A stretch of 64,000 bases of DNA, taken from the NCBI GenBank assembly GCA_965235115.1, contig OZ249441.1, positions 15,066,001 to 15,130,000 on the forward strand. The letters are read 5' to 3'. The stretch is from Laetmonice hystrix (Eukaryota). The notes under the pieces were generated by a model. The model searched no databases. It saw nothing but the letters and a program-made list of their open reading frames with translations, and was not told where the DNA came from. Below are positions 39,401 to 54,400 of this stretch, in pieces (the stretch's first letter is position 1; every line of letters starts with the position of its first letter). Made by a program: the position numbers and the translations under genes.

Positions 39401-42400
39401 CGAGCGACCTGATTGATCACCTCTGTGAATCCCGAGCGACCTGATTGATCACCAGTTCAATGGGGGAGGGCTCCGATCATTTCTAAAACTGTCGGCTATA
39501 CTCAGTGCTTCGTTCGTCAATCCTTGTCTCTCACTTCACCGACAACTGTACGGGAGTTACTGTGTCAACGTCATGCCTGTCGTCATCACTAATTAAACCT
39601 TTCTTCCAGTTTTGATTTGAATGAAAATAGATTTGAAAGAAAAGATCGTATCGGTGGATGGCATTTTGAAAAAGAATTTTATTAATTAGAAATAAATTAT
39701 GATAGTTTTACTCTCGATACGCACTGCTTTGCTGATACAATTGTAGTTATTAAAGTTTTGTTTCAACCAATTTCCATATTTTGAATTCATTATTGGTGAC
39801 AAAATGAGCTTGAATCCAACATTTTGAAGGAAATCTTCCGTATTTTCACAAATATCTATACGCCTTAGTATTGTCATATAAGATTTATTCCGTGGTATCT
39901 GATTGATACCTGGGCCCTCCCCATTGAAGTGCTTCCTCAGATCCAACATCCGCCCACATCGCCTTTGTGCTACCAAATAACCTGATTGTTGGTGTTTTTT
40001 TCTGGTCCTTTTTAAGGTCGAGACATATTATATGAAAGTCGAGGGCGGGCGGTGAATATCGAAGGTAACTAAGGCCCTCGTGCCTTAGACACAGGGTAGA
40101 GCATGGCCTATCTGGTAGCTGCTTCTCTGGCGCTTAACATTTAATGCTTGCATTTGCCACCAGGTAGCAGTGCTGTCTGAGATGAAATTCCTGCTTCCCC
40201 CACCAATCCCAGGTCTGTTGGTATAGGCGAGAAGTACCTGGTATAAAACTGGTTCTGTAGCGATAAGTAAACGCTATTCTCCACTGGAGAAGATATAGAA
40301 TATTAATATAGCGCTAGTTAACATAAGTATTTAAGATTATGTGATGATTTAGACACCTTAAGACCTAGGACATTGCTATAGCACATCAGTATCATTAGCA
40401 CAAACAAAACACACACAAATACAATTTTGACCAATTTTGAGAAAGATATTGTTTTCTTTTGGAGCAGATAATTGTTCTTGTTTTATTGGTCAGGACTGGG
40501 GGTTATGGGTTAGTGCATATTTCCTTTTACTTTTGCTGAAGAAGGCTGAATTCGTTTGGTAAGGCTAACTGTACAAGGGGCATTTTGTAATCTGTTGCTT
40601 TAGTCTATAGAATAGTGCACACACAGTTAAATTCAAATGAATGAACATAGTTAGTTACTTGTAGTCTTATATTCTAGAGTTTTGTTCTCGTTCTTCCAGT
40701 GTAGTCGTAGCGGGTATTTTGGACTTGCGTGATTTTGTTGGTTGACAATCATATATGTAGACACATAGTTTTGACAACTTTTGAGTTTTGTAATACATGT
40801 ATCACATCGTACCATGGTCAAATATAGAAACATTGTATTTCGATGAACAACCTAAGACCTAGTTTATAGATTAGTTAATACATAATGTTTGTTTATTGTG
40901 AAAATGCCGTTTGCTTGCCACAATATGATGACAGTAAGTAATATGTAAAGCATTATGTAAAGCATTATGTAAAGCATTATGTAAAGCATTATTTATGACC
41001 CATATTTACTCAGAATCCATTCCTGTTTAATACTGACAGATTTGGCGATACATTACTACAAAAGATATATCTTCGTCTCGGACGTATCTGGATACGTTCT
41101 CCGACTGAGGTTAAACGAGAGTGGTCAGATCAACGAAACAAGAGAGGTTTATTACAGTTTCCACCTGGCCGGGTCACTCAGTGTCGACTGGCTACACGAC
41201 AACCTTTACATAGCCGAGAAAACTAAGGTCAGCAAAAACAGAAATATTTTTGTTTCGCGTCACGTGAAACCAACGCGTCGTGTCGTTTTTCTCTTTCGAA
41301 AAAAAAATCAAAATGCTTTAGACCTAATACTATTTTTATGGTGGGCAGTGAGGAGTTTATTGGGGCCTAACAATTGACAGCTTCATCGGTTTTTTCTTAT
41401 CTTCATTTATTCTTTTATTTGCCGGTATGCAGATTGTTCGATGCAGTTTAGATGGTGTGAGATGTAATGATGTGGTGAATACACTGACAGCAACACCCTA
41501 CAACATCACAGCCGACCCCTATAATGGGTAAGTCACAATCAGAAAAATATCAACACCCTACAACATCACAGCCGACCCCTATAATGGGTAAGTCACAATC
41601 AGAAAAATATCAACACCCTACAACATCACAGCCGACCCCTATAATGGGTAAGTCACAATCAGAAAAATATCAACACCTTACAACATCACAGCCGACCCCT
41701 ATAATGGGTAAGTCACAATCAGAAAAATATCAAGGTACACTTCATGCTTGCATTTATACCATGTTTATTTGTGATATCCTAGAAATGTTGGCGCCTTAGT
41801 GGCCCAAACATGATTTAGCCTACTTTTGGCCGAGTTTTGGTTTACAAAGCTAATTTTGACTCTACCTTGTGGACAGATACCTATACTGGGTTCATGAAGG
41901 CTACGGACAGGGTCTCAACAGGATCGACATGGCTGATCTACCCGTTCACATTCCCAACGCTACATCCCAATATTGTATCTTTCGCACGCCAAACCTGCCC
42001 ACCTATGCCGTCGACTACGCCAACCTGCGGATCTTCATCCCCAATCAAACCACAAACTCCATGTTGTCTGTCTACCTGGACGGGTCGGACGTACGTAGCG
42101 TACACACACCCATCCAGAGCTCGTCTCTCATAGCCGTCACCAGCCTGGCCGTCTATAACGACCGTTTCTATTGGACCAACGGCTCGGCCGTTTTTTCCGA
42201 AGAGTACCAACCCGAAGAACACAAGTACCATCACAACATGTTCCACATCTTTGATAAACCTTTCACGGGATTGAACATATGGCATCCCTCGGCGCAACCA
42301 ATACCAGGTGCGGTTCATAAATAACTGCAAGACGATTTGCGACTTTTTGGGGAAATATTTTATCATTTATCATTAAGGGGGCCTACCCCCCCAGCCTTTG

Positions 42401-45400
42401 TAGGTGTCTCCCCCAACCCTTTGTTAGCCCCCCCCCCCCCCACTTAGATGCTTCAAGATTTTGTTTCCGTTCCAGTTCCCCTCCAGAAGCCGCAGCGCCT
42501 CCAGGCGGTCTTCACCCACAACACGGCCAGGCTGTGGTGGGAGGCACCCGGCACCGACCAGGGTGAGCAGCTAGAGTCACACGGTCATCCGATTTTCTCT
42601 ATATTTTTATCTAATGTCTCTAATGAAAGTTGCGAGCATGAACAAAAAATGAAACCCAAGCCATACTTTGGTACTTGGTCGTGCTGACAGCCGCGAGTAC
42701 ACGTGCTTGGTGTCAGTATCATTGAAAATATGACGTACATCCAGTCCGTACCGTGAACCACAACTCTCATTTTTTCCCCTCCGCCTCATTTTGTGTCAGT
42801 AATCGGAATTTAACCGATTCGGGTTCTCATATTACAGGTCGGGGGGCGTGGCAAGGCTGGGAGTACGAGGTAAAAGCCTTCGGTCTTCACAACAACGCCA
42901 GCGAGAAAATTACCTGTAAATCTCATCAGTATCGCATGACAGGCCTGGAGGCTGAGGCCGTCTATAAGTTCACAGTCAGAGCTTTCACTGAAGGTGGTAC
43001 CGGGCCCTGGTCAGAGCCGTTCTCTGGGGAGACGCTCAAGTCGGGTGAGATAGCTATTTGTTATTATCGGTGTGCTAATAAAGCACGGCTATACCTGAAG
43101 GTTAGCCGAGTATAGCAAAGTCTTCTTGACCATCTGCTCGACATTTGGGGAGAGTCATTTCCCAGTTGTGTGTACCTCCAGTGCCAATAAGGCGGGGTGG
43201 TACAGAGTTATGACAAGTATCTTGCGATGACAAAATGGTTGCACAGCGGTCCCAACCTGACGTAGGTTGAATAGTGGTTTTTTCCTAACTCGCGAATTAC
43301 GCCCATATCTATACTGACAAGAAATTATAACTTGTCCGCAGGAACCACAACATTTTTGTATTGTAATATATTTTTGTAGTATATGTCGGAAGGAAGACTT
43401 AAGGTTTTTGGTATTGTTATTGTAGATAAAGTCGAGCCACACTTGGTGTATACCACAACGGCTGCCCTCTGGACCATGAGACTAGACGGCGATGGATCCA
43501 AGGACATTCTGACCTTCAAACCTAACATAGGCCCTATCAGACGTAAGGACTTACTTCTCAACCCATACAATTATATAGACCCAAGTTAATATAGGTTCTG
43601 ATGCTGACCCTCACTGGGTGGCAGAGGGGATTTTCTCGTTCAGGGTCGTTGCTGTGCTTGAAAATCTTTGAAAAGTCGTGAAAGTTCTTAAAAATAAGAA
43701 AATATCACACAGGTCTTTAAAAGTCTACGAATTCAATTGGTTCAGTGATAAAAAGGAAAGCGATAACCATTCTCGGGTTCATGGGTTCGGGCGTGGAAAT
43801 ACTATTTAATCGTGTGTGTAGGTATGTATTTAAAAGCAAAGATAAATCCATTTGATCTTTTTGTTTAGTCACAGGCCAACCGTACAGGGTGTATCCAAAA
43901 AGTTACACTTCCATGAGACTATCGTTGTCAGAAGTAGTAACACATTTTTGAACCACCCCTGACATTGAGATGGTCTAGTATTGTGACGTTATGTGTGGTA
44001 TTGTAGGGGTGGTAGCCGTCCATGGATGGTACCTGTTGGTGAGTGAGAGACGACGAGTGTACGTGATGACCCCGGGCCGCCCCATCAGGCACGTCGCCCC
44101 GATCAGGGACGCAGTGGCCGTCGCCTACGACTGGCCCGCCCGCAAACTCTTCTGGTCAAACGCTAGGAATCAGGTGAGAAAATGCTTTCTCAGAGTAAAA
44201 ACTTGTGAGAGGAACGTTTGGATTTTATACTTGTATATATAACACTCCAGAATCCTCTTTTATATTCAAAAATTGCTTTGGTGTGGGGAGATGCTGAACT
44301 ATATGTCGAGGGTGATCGACATATTTTGACGTCCTGTCGACGTAAGATTTACGGAGCGTCGTGTTTTGACGTCCCGTCGGCGTAAGACTTGACGTAACGT
44401 CATGTTTTGACGTCGCGTCGGCGTAGATTTTACATCACGTCGAAGTTGCTCTAACATCTACCTGTTGGGTGTCTCTGTTTGAGCAGATATTACGGAGTCG
44501 GTTAAACGGTAAGAACCCGGAGGTGATCCACCAAGGATTCGAGAAAGCCTCCGACCTCTCAGTGGACCCTGGAGGAGGCTTCATGTACTGGAGTACCCTG
44601 GACACGGTGGAGGTGGCCCGCCTGGACGGCTCCTCACACAAGGTGATCGCCCGACTCACCCATCTTGATTTCCACATCCTGGGACTGGCGCTCGACCCCG
44701 ACCGACGTGCCCTCTACTGGCTGGTCAAAGAGGGCCAAAAGACCCATGTCTACAAGGCGGCGCTACTGTCGGTCGGCCGTCCCGACCCCGGCACCGTCCG
44801 CAAGGTGGCGATGCTCGAGCACCCAGCGCCCCCAGTGTGAGTTGTCAACGGTTGTATCCGGAATAATACTAGATTAGTAACAGAGGCCGATGTGATTATC
44901 CAGTCCTAATGGTGCAATACTTTTTACCTACCGGAGAGTGAGACGAGAAATAAAGAAGTCTTTAGGCCTACATCTGCCTTAGGCCGAGGCCAACGGTCTA
45001 GGCCTACTACTATCTAGTCTATAACATAAGTAGCCCTGATTCCTGTTCATCATGAAGCCCAATGAGATATCCAAAAGATATTTCTTATTTTCAGAAAACA
45101 TGGGCTCCAGTATTATAGTAACCGGCTCTTCTGGATGAACTCTAAAGGAAAGATTGTTGTCATGCAACTCACTCAGTGCAACGACAGCCGAAAAGGACAT
45201 CCTAATATTGCTCAACTGACACTGCCATCTGGTGTCGAAGTGAGAAGTTTCAGCCTGGCGAAAGCAAACCAGCTAGCCGGTGAGTAACTGAACAAGGAAC
45301 ACCTTTGACCCACCACCACCAGTAAAATGGGCATGATGATATTAAAACTTTCTAGGTCCAGTGCGCCAATTTAGACGATCTCCCGCACACCAATCTAGCC

Positions 45401-48400
45401 CCGGGCCCTCCCAGTTGTACAATTAAAGTATTGTCAAGGTTAATCTAAACTGTAGACATTTTTTCTTACTTTCTTTTCCTTAATAATATATTGGGGATCC
45501 GTAAGGTTATTACTAGAACATATTGTTATCTTATAATAATTATCGTCATGAAGCCGGACTTTGTCCCCAGTTGGCAGTCTTCATGACGTACACTGACTCA
45601 ACCAACTCATCCATTACAACCCTAAGGTTTTTTCTAAGATAATTTCTAAATTCCCCTATGTAGCCAATCTTATATTAAATCGTAGAGAATATACCGTTCT
45701 ATTGTACAGCAGCTGTGTTATATAAGGCGTATCACAGTCTGGCTGTCACTCTGGTAGGCCTATACACAGTAACTCGGAGTAAGTTCGCTCCTGGTTCCCG
45801 GTTGTGCCCAAGAAGGTCCTGAAATTGACGGACTGACCTGACACGGGCAGATCGTGTTGATTTATGACTTTCTACCAGTGGACTTATTCCATAGTTATTG
45901 ACTCTGACATTAACACAAGTGTCGGTTAGCCCCCACATCGGGGCAGCTGTCACCACTATGTAAGCAAGGGTTGGGCAGGGTTAGATTGGATCAGTCTCGA
46001 GCCAGGTCCGGGTACCATTTATAGCAGCAGACAGAAAAACCAATACTATAGTATCTCCCCCAAGTATCTTCCTCTGCCGTCTGAATTGTTCAGTAAATAT
46101 AGTCATCATCTGTATAGTTACTTTCGTTTCACCAGACATCCTCGTATTTGGGACCTTTCTAAATGAAGATGTCGCTAGCTTGCGGTTTATTTAAACAGAG
46201 AGCAGAGCGTGTGGTATGAAGTCACATTTTGCCGTAGCTCAAGGGTATGCATTACCACCTTCAGTGTCTCCATGGCATGTAGCTTCTGTGTGTGTATAAT
46301 AAATACGCTCGTGTGTATCAGAGCGAGAAGGGTTGACCCTGGTGGTCGGTGAGCGGTGGGGGGGGGGGGCTATGTGTGTCATTGCTGTCTTGTTTTCCCA
46401 TTGATGACGCACAGAGATCGTTGATGACACACTTGGTGTGTTTGGATTTCTGTCGGGACCGCCCCCTCCCCTGGATCTGTCCATGCGTATAGACACACTC
46501 TCAGGACCATATGTACATACGACACAGGTCGTCTCTCGAGGCGCGCTATCGTTTTTTTCCTGTATCTCCGCTAACCTCATCAGAACATGCGACACACATT
46601 CGTCTGGCATCTTGGACTCGCTGGCATGTCGATCGGTGGTGCCATAGCAGGGCAGTCAGTGAGTTTTAACGGGGTCTTTATGTAACTACCCCTCTCGAAC
46701 ATCTCTGAGACGTTCAGAAGATGCCAGACGTAAGCTCTACAGCCGCTCCAAACCTCACGTCAATGTTTAGGGGGTTATCTCACGTGATTATCGGATAATC
46801 GGATTAATCAGTGATAGAGATGACGGTTTTGAAGAGTTTGATCGTCTGCCTAGTTATGACGTACGCGGTGGCGGTGGTGCCAGTTTCAGAGAACGTAACG
46901 ACTGCGGAGGGTGGTGCCGGCGGCGGCGGGGAGTTGGAGGACCCCGAGCCGGTCGACTGTAGCCGGATCGAAGTCTCTGGACGGTGGGATTCGTTCCGAC
47001 TCTCATGGACTCCCATCTCCGTACATGGACACGCTAAGGTCACATACGAGGTCATCCTCTCCTACCGCATCAACAATAGACAGGAAATCAAACACGTTCC
47101 AGTAAGTAATACTTAGAAACACGCAATCCAAAGGTAACGATCGAAAAATGTCTGGAGGCTTACATTCTATAACCTCGTTTTTTCTCTAATAGTATTTGGA
47201 ATAAAGTGAGAAATTAGGGAAGCAGGTGAATTATGTCTGACTACACATATATATCTAACAATTATTGATGTTAGTCAATAGTAATAGTGAAACAAATATC
47301 CATTTTGGTGTATAGCAGAAAGATATCATAAAATCATCAGGGTACCAATGTATGGGATATTGAAGAACATGCCTGATTGAAATACCCCTGAATGTTATAA
47401 GATTTTCTGATTTGTCGATTTAGATGTAGAGTTTCTATTTAGAGTTATGACCTAACACCGTACCACTTCATCATCCTGCGTCAGTGCCTGACAGTGGAAA
47501 AGAAAAAAAACCCAAATGTTTACATTACCATTCAGTATTTCCACGTAATCGGGTCTGCACAAGGAGGTTGATATCTCACCTAACAAAAAGTTCAATAACT
47601 GGACAGTATTGGTACCTTTTTATAGTCTTCACAGATATTGTAGGAAGAAACTGAGGTTTTACTTTGTTGCTGCACTATAATTGGTAAGGCATGCCTAAAG
47701 TGTTCCTCCAAGCCTTGAGGGTAATGTGGTGAGACAGGCCGGTTTACCTCATGGTTTGCGGTTGAAATAGAAGCACGACTGAGAAACGTCTTTACAATAG
47801 GACGAAATGGGGGTGAACTGCGGGGGTGTATAGATCCATCAGTACATATCCCTCTAGGATAATCTGCTTGGGATAGATTGAAGTAATCCATATATTACCG
47901 AACAAAGGGTTCACATCCAGTAAAAAGGTCACATTGACTCGTACAAATGACCAACACATTTTTTTTGGAGGGAGGGGGGTCATTTATTAAATCGGATGGG
48001 ATCAGTAATTTGTGCTTGTATACTTTTTGTTTTGGGTTGGTTTCGTTCTTGTATTTCACATATCGGAATTAATGTATAGAATGACCATTAGGAATAATTA
48101 ATTGCCCGTCGTGAACTATTGTAAAGAGTATAGAAAAAACTTTTTAAATTTTACATTAGATTATTCTTGTGCAACTTAACAGATTTAGTTCAGTTCAGTT
48201 TTCCCAACTCGCTATATAACACAAATTAAATTTTAATGAATCACGTCTAAAAAGCTCCCCTCTCAATCTGGCCTCATAGAAATCCTGATAGTAGCAGGGA
48301 TTTATATGAAATTCCTTGCGTATCCTTTCAGAGATTAAGTTCATGTTATCACGGTTTTGATGATGTTTAGTAGCGATCACGGTTTTAATGATGTTTAGTA

Positions 48401-51400
48401 GCGATCACGGTTTTGATGATGTTTAGTAGCGATCACGGTTTTGATGATGTTTAGTAGCGATCACGGTTTTGATGATGTTTAGTAGCGATCACGGTTTTGA
48501 TGATGTTTAGTAGCGATCACGGTTTTGATGATGTTTAGGAGCGATCACGGTTTTAATGATGTTTAGTAGCGATCACGGTTTTAATGATGTTTAGTAGCGA
48601 TCACGGTTTTGATGATGTTTAGTAGCGATCACGTTTTTAATGAGGTTTAGTAGCGATCACGGTTTTAATGAGGTTTAGTCGCGATCGGGTGAGATCACGC
48701 TGCCAAACCAGCACCTTGTACAGTGGCGGATCCCATGGTTTAACCGACCATCCCAACCTGCTGAGATATCATGATATCATGATATCATGATATCATGATA
48801 TCATGATATCATTATACCTGCTGAGATATCATGATATCATGATATCATTGTCCATCCTGTTTGTGCCATGTTCATACCATCATCCTGTTTGTTAATTCCA
48901 CCATCCTGTGTTAACCATAATGTCCAGGAGACGGATGATACGTTCGTGAACGTGACAGACCTACACGACCTCCGTCCCTACAGTCGGCTTGGTGTCTCCA
49001 TCAGATCCTGTACATCTTGGGGGTGCTCGGAGACTGGCCAAGCTAACCTCACCACTCCCATGTCAGGTGAGTGAGCAGAGGGTAGAACCCCCCCCCCCCC
49101 TCCCCACCACCACCAATTATTCCAATCCCCAGACTTACTCCCAACCCATAGTCTCAGTGCCCATATCTCACCCCAAAACTTCCCTGGCCCTAACCCTGCT
49201 CTTGGGTCTAACCCCCACCCGCCATAATTTCTGGGGGGTGTGGCCATGTGGGGAATAACGGAGCCGGGTACACCTGGTCACACACCTGGTCCAGGTGTGT
49301 TCCACACACGGTCACGCCCCACATCATAGAGCCAGTATGACGTCATGCAGTCAGGCAGGTACAGCCGCCAAACATCTTGGACCTCAGGAATGTTATTCTA
49401 ATGCACTGCTCTTTCAAGTTGGCATTTTGGATGGTTTTTAAGAGGCATCCGATTGGAAGTAACTGTAGTTTTTATTGCTTACGACAAGTTTAAAACGATC
49501 CTAATATTTTGTTTAGACTGCCAGGCAGAGTTTCAGATAGATTGACATTTTGACATGGTCTGACTCTCAGACAATGACAACAAACAGTTCGTCATATCAA
49601 CGATCCTGAAGCTACGCCGCGTAGCTACAGAATCGTCGGTCATATGGTCTTTGATAATCATTACGAGTAAATACATCAAAATGTTTCTTGTTATAATGCC
49701 CTTGTAGTTTGAATTATAAACAGAAGAGTGCGTTGAGCAATGTATTTGACCTTTTTTGACCCTCGCAGCGCCCAGTGTCCCGGAGAACCCTCAAGGGTTC
49801 GTGACGTATCAAAGGCAACCATTAGATCGTAAATACAGCGTGGATGTTGATCTACATTGGTCACCATCAGCGCACCCTAACGGCCTGTTGGTGAACTACA
49901 CCGTATTTGTTAGACTCAACCGTGAAGGGATGTGGACCAAGAAACTGGTCAGCAGTGATTCGTACCATTACAGGATCGAAGGCGCTAGAAAATACGCCCT
50001 CTACAAATTTAAGGTGCGTTAATAATAATTACTGGATATTGCATGACGTTACGAGGTCGAGACGGTGCACTACAGTAACTGGAAACAATGTCGTTATATT
50101 TGAGACCCCATAAGAGTGCATTATGCAAACTTGCGCTGACTGAAGTCATGATCATTCAGTTTAACCTTCTGTAAAAACATGATCAGTATGATCCTCTTCA
50201 GATGTGATATAAGGTTTCAGGTTGTGTGAAAAGAGTGATACTATAACAATTAATTATCTAATTGTCTGCGCGCGTGCAGGTGTCGGCCTGTACGTCGGTA
50301 GGCTGCAGCCGGACGACCCGGGAGGTGGTGGTGAACACAGCCGAGGAGAACCCTGTCCCCCAACTCCTCCTAGCTACAACTACATCCATCAGTCTCCTCC
50401 TGCCCGACGCTCACAAGTCGTCACCCCTCGCAAACAGCAGTCCCATCGCCCTCACCTTCGAGGCGGAGGAGAGCGCTCTCTACTGGATCGACAGGAGCAG
50501 CCACATCCTCAAGCATGCCACAAAGGGAAAACACACGGTACGTATATACGAGTACAGCTAGAATCCTCTCCGCAACAAGATCGCATGGACCATCCCCGGA
50601 TACTGGGAATGTGTTCCATCATTTTAGCTTAAAATCTCACGGATGTCGCATAGACATAGCGTGTTTGTCAATTCAACATTGTCAATGCCTGGATCACATA
50701 AAAAGTTGATATTAATGACATGATAAATGCCTGCAGTTCCTGGACGTGGGTGGTGACGGTCGGAGTATATCAGTAGACTGGGTGGGCCGAGCACTTTACT
50801 GGATGGAGGCCGATCGGTACCGGGTCTGTCAAATCCGGACTTACAACCTGGATCGTGGAGAAACTAATAGTAGTACTGTTCTTACCATGGAGGCGAGCGG
50901 GGCTTTCCTGGTCGTCCATCCCTACCACAGGTAACTCACACCTTCTCTATAATACATGTAGAAAGTATGGGTATAGGTAAGGTCCTGCTGTGACTGTCTC
51001 AGCGTCCTGCCCTGACTGTCTCAGGGTCCTGCCCTGACTGTCTCAGCGTCCTGCCCTGACTGTCTCAGGGTCCTACTCTGACTGTCTCAGGGTCCTGCTC
51101 TGACTGTCTCAGGGTCCTACTCTGACTGTCTCAGGGTCCTGCTGTGACTGTCTCAGTGTCCTGCCCTGACTGTCTCAGTGTCCTGCCCTGACTGTCTCAG
51201 GGTCCTACTCTGACTGTCTCAGGGTCCTGCTCTGACTGTCTCAGGGTCCTACTCTGACTGTCTCAGGGTCCTGCTGTGACTGTCTCAATGTCCTGCCCTG
51301 ACTGTCTCAGTGTCCTACTCTGACTGTCTCAGCGTCCTACTCTGACTGTCTCAGCGTCCTACTGTCTCAGCGTCCTGCTCTGACTGTCTCAGCGTCCTGC

Positions 51401-54400
51401 TCTGACTGTCCCAGCGTCCTGCTCTGAGTGTTCCAGCGTCCTACTCTGACTGTCTCAGCGTCCTGCTCTGACTCGCTCAGTGTCCAAGTATTTTTTCCAA
51501 GAATTTTTAAGAATTGCCACTATTTCAGCACCCTGTTCTGGTCGGAGGTGGACGTGTGGGGCCACGGGCGGATTATGCGGGCCCCAATGAACGGCTACTC
51601 GCGGGAGCAGGTGCTAGGATGGCAACCGAAGGAGGCGGGCCGCAGGAGGCGTGCCTCGCCCACCTGTCGGTGTCCTGCCATGCAGGTCAGCCCTGTCTTC
51701 CAGATGGACATGTCGGAGACAGGTAACGGACAGATATACTTTGTGGACAACACGACAGGCAGTATATGGGTGGCCAGCAACAACGGCTGTGACTGTAGGA
51801 GCGTTGTCGACGCTGCCGGACGCACCGATCTGGGTGAGTTGTTGACATGTTAATGTTAACATCGCAATGTTAAACCAGCGAGGCTATCTACTCCTTGTCC
51901 CGCTAACGCGAAATCTCTTGAATTCTCGTGACATACTTAAAGAAAATCTGTCCGAAAATTGAAATAAACGCAGTCAATTCAACAAAACTTGAGTAAAAAC
52001 AATTATTTGAAGGGGTTTCTAGCAGTCTGGTACTATGGCACGTCCATATCGACAATATTTTTAATTAATTAATTAAGCGTTTACCTATTTGGCTAGAGAC
52101 GAGAGCACGCGAATCAAATCATGGCCTTATTTGGATTATGGGGGGAGGGCGGGCGGAGCAGTGCGAGGCAACGCATGCGCCCAATCCCGTTGCTTAGTAA
52201 CGATCGCCCTAAAAATGCTAACGCGGTCATGGCGGTCGTTCTCGGTTCTCAGTCCATTGAGATGAAAAAATGGGATGTATCGCCTCATTATGGCTCATAA
52301 TCAACAAGAGACCTAGCACAACAATGTTATGGATACGACAGAATGTTTTATCAGTCCAGTGAGATAGTTTCAAGATCAGGTAAGCTTGAAATACGCGGAT
52401 TCGTAGGAGATGGGGACAAAACTCGGCGGCCTTAGGGTGATCGATTACCTATAAACGCCCTATTAAAGAGACGCGTCACTTTTCTCAGTGGCGCCACCTC
52501 GTGGCAATTGACGAACTCTATTTTTACACTTTGCAACGCGTTTTTTACGTCACTCAATGCTGTCAACAACACGGCAATGCAGAGGCAGAGTCAAGTCTGG
52601 CCGCTTCGCATCCCAGAAACAGTTTGACAAAAGGCTTCACGATGCCAGAAAAATGTACTTGACTATGTGTTTTAACATTGGAGTCTATGGGACCGATAAG
52701 ACCCTTGGTAGTGAAAATGTCGATATCTCATGAATTTCCATGGTGACATATGATTTTTTTTAATCTAAAGTGTTCAAAACAAGTCATGCAACAATTCTGA
52801 GAAGTATTTTCAGAATCTCTGGGTTAGAAATGTCTGAAAAAAATCTTCTCTCTTCTAATTCGAACCAAAAATTTCACGTATCTTTCTCTACTGTAGACTG
52901 TAGTAGTGCGAGTTGAAGGCCTATCTTCAAATGCTCATAACTCAGGATCCGATATGGTGACCCGCCATTTTCTTTGCACCAAAATACTCGAAAAATGTAG
53001 AATTATTTTATGTGAAAGTAGCCTGAAAATCTCTGGGTCAGAAATTTTTGGCTTATTATGTGTAGGCTTGCCACCCGACTCGATCGCTGTGGATCTCCAG
53101 CGGTTGTACTGGGCCCGGGAGGGGGACACTATCCTACACAGCATCCTGAAGAAGACGGGCAAGGGCTACCTGAAGAGAAACGTGTCTTTGTCCCACAAGG
53201 GAGGCCGGATCATCCAGGTGCTCGCTTACGGAACGCACCTGCAGCCAATGCCAGGTAGGTCATGACAGACTTATAACTACCTGCAGCCAATGCCAGGTAG
53301 GTCATGAAAGACTTATAACTACACCTGCAGCCAATGCCAGGTAGATCATGAAAGACTTATAACTACCTGCAGCCAATGCCAGGTAGGTCATGAAAGACTT
53401 ATAGCTACCTGTAGCCAATGCCAGGTAGGTCATGAAAGACATATAACTTCACCTGCAGCCAAAGCCAGGTAGGTCATGACAGACATATACTACCTGCAGC
53501 CAATGCCAGGTAGGTCATGACAGACATATAACTCTATCTGCAGCCAATGCCAGGTAGGTCATGACAGACATATAACTCCACCTGCAGCCAATGCCAGGTA
53601 GGTCATGACAGACATATAGCTACCTGTAGCCAATGCCAGGTAGGTCATGACAGACATATAACTCTGCCTGCAGCTAATGCCAGGTAGGTCATGACAGACA
53701 TCCTATAACTCTACCTGCAGCCAATGCCAGGTAGGTCATGACAGACATATAACTCTACCTGCAGCTAATGCCAGGTAGGTCATGAAAGACATATAACTCC
53801 ACCTGCAGCCAATGCCAGGTAGGTCATGACAGACATATAACTCCACCTGCAGCCAATGCCAGGTAGGTCATGACAGACATATAGCTACCTGTAGCCAATG
53901 CCAGGTAGGTCATGACAGACATATAACTCTACCTGCAGCTAATGCCAGGTAGGTCATGACAGACATCCTATAACTCTACCTGCAGCCAATGCCAGGTAGG
54001 TCATGACAGACATCCTATAACTCTACCTGCAGCTAATAGCCTTATGCCAGGTAGGTCATGACAGACATATAACTACCTGCAGCCAATGCCAGGTAGGTCA
54101 TGACAGACATACGACCTGCAGCTAATGCCAGGTAGGTCATGACAGACATATAACTACACCTGCAGCCAATGCCAGGTAGGTCATGACAGACATATAACTA
54201 CCTGCAGCCAATGCCAGGTAGGTCATGAAAGACTTATAACTCCACCTGCAGCCAATGCCAGGTAGGTCATGAAAGACATATAACTCTACCTGCAGCCAAT
54301 GCCAGGTAGGTCATGAAAGACTTATAACTACACCTGCAGCCAATGCCAGGTAGGTCATGAAAGACTTATAACTCTACCTGCAGCCAATGCCAGGTAGGTC

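Noticed and set aside
38770-39453. CRISPR-like 32-bp direct repeats
   Set aside because: No spacers, eukaryotic intron, no cas genes; the same holds for all other arrays
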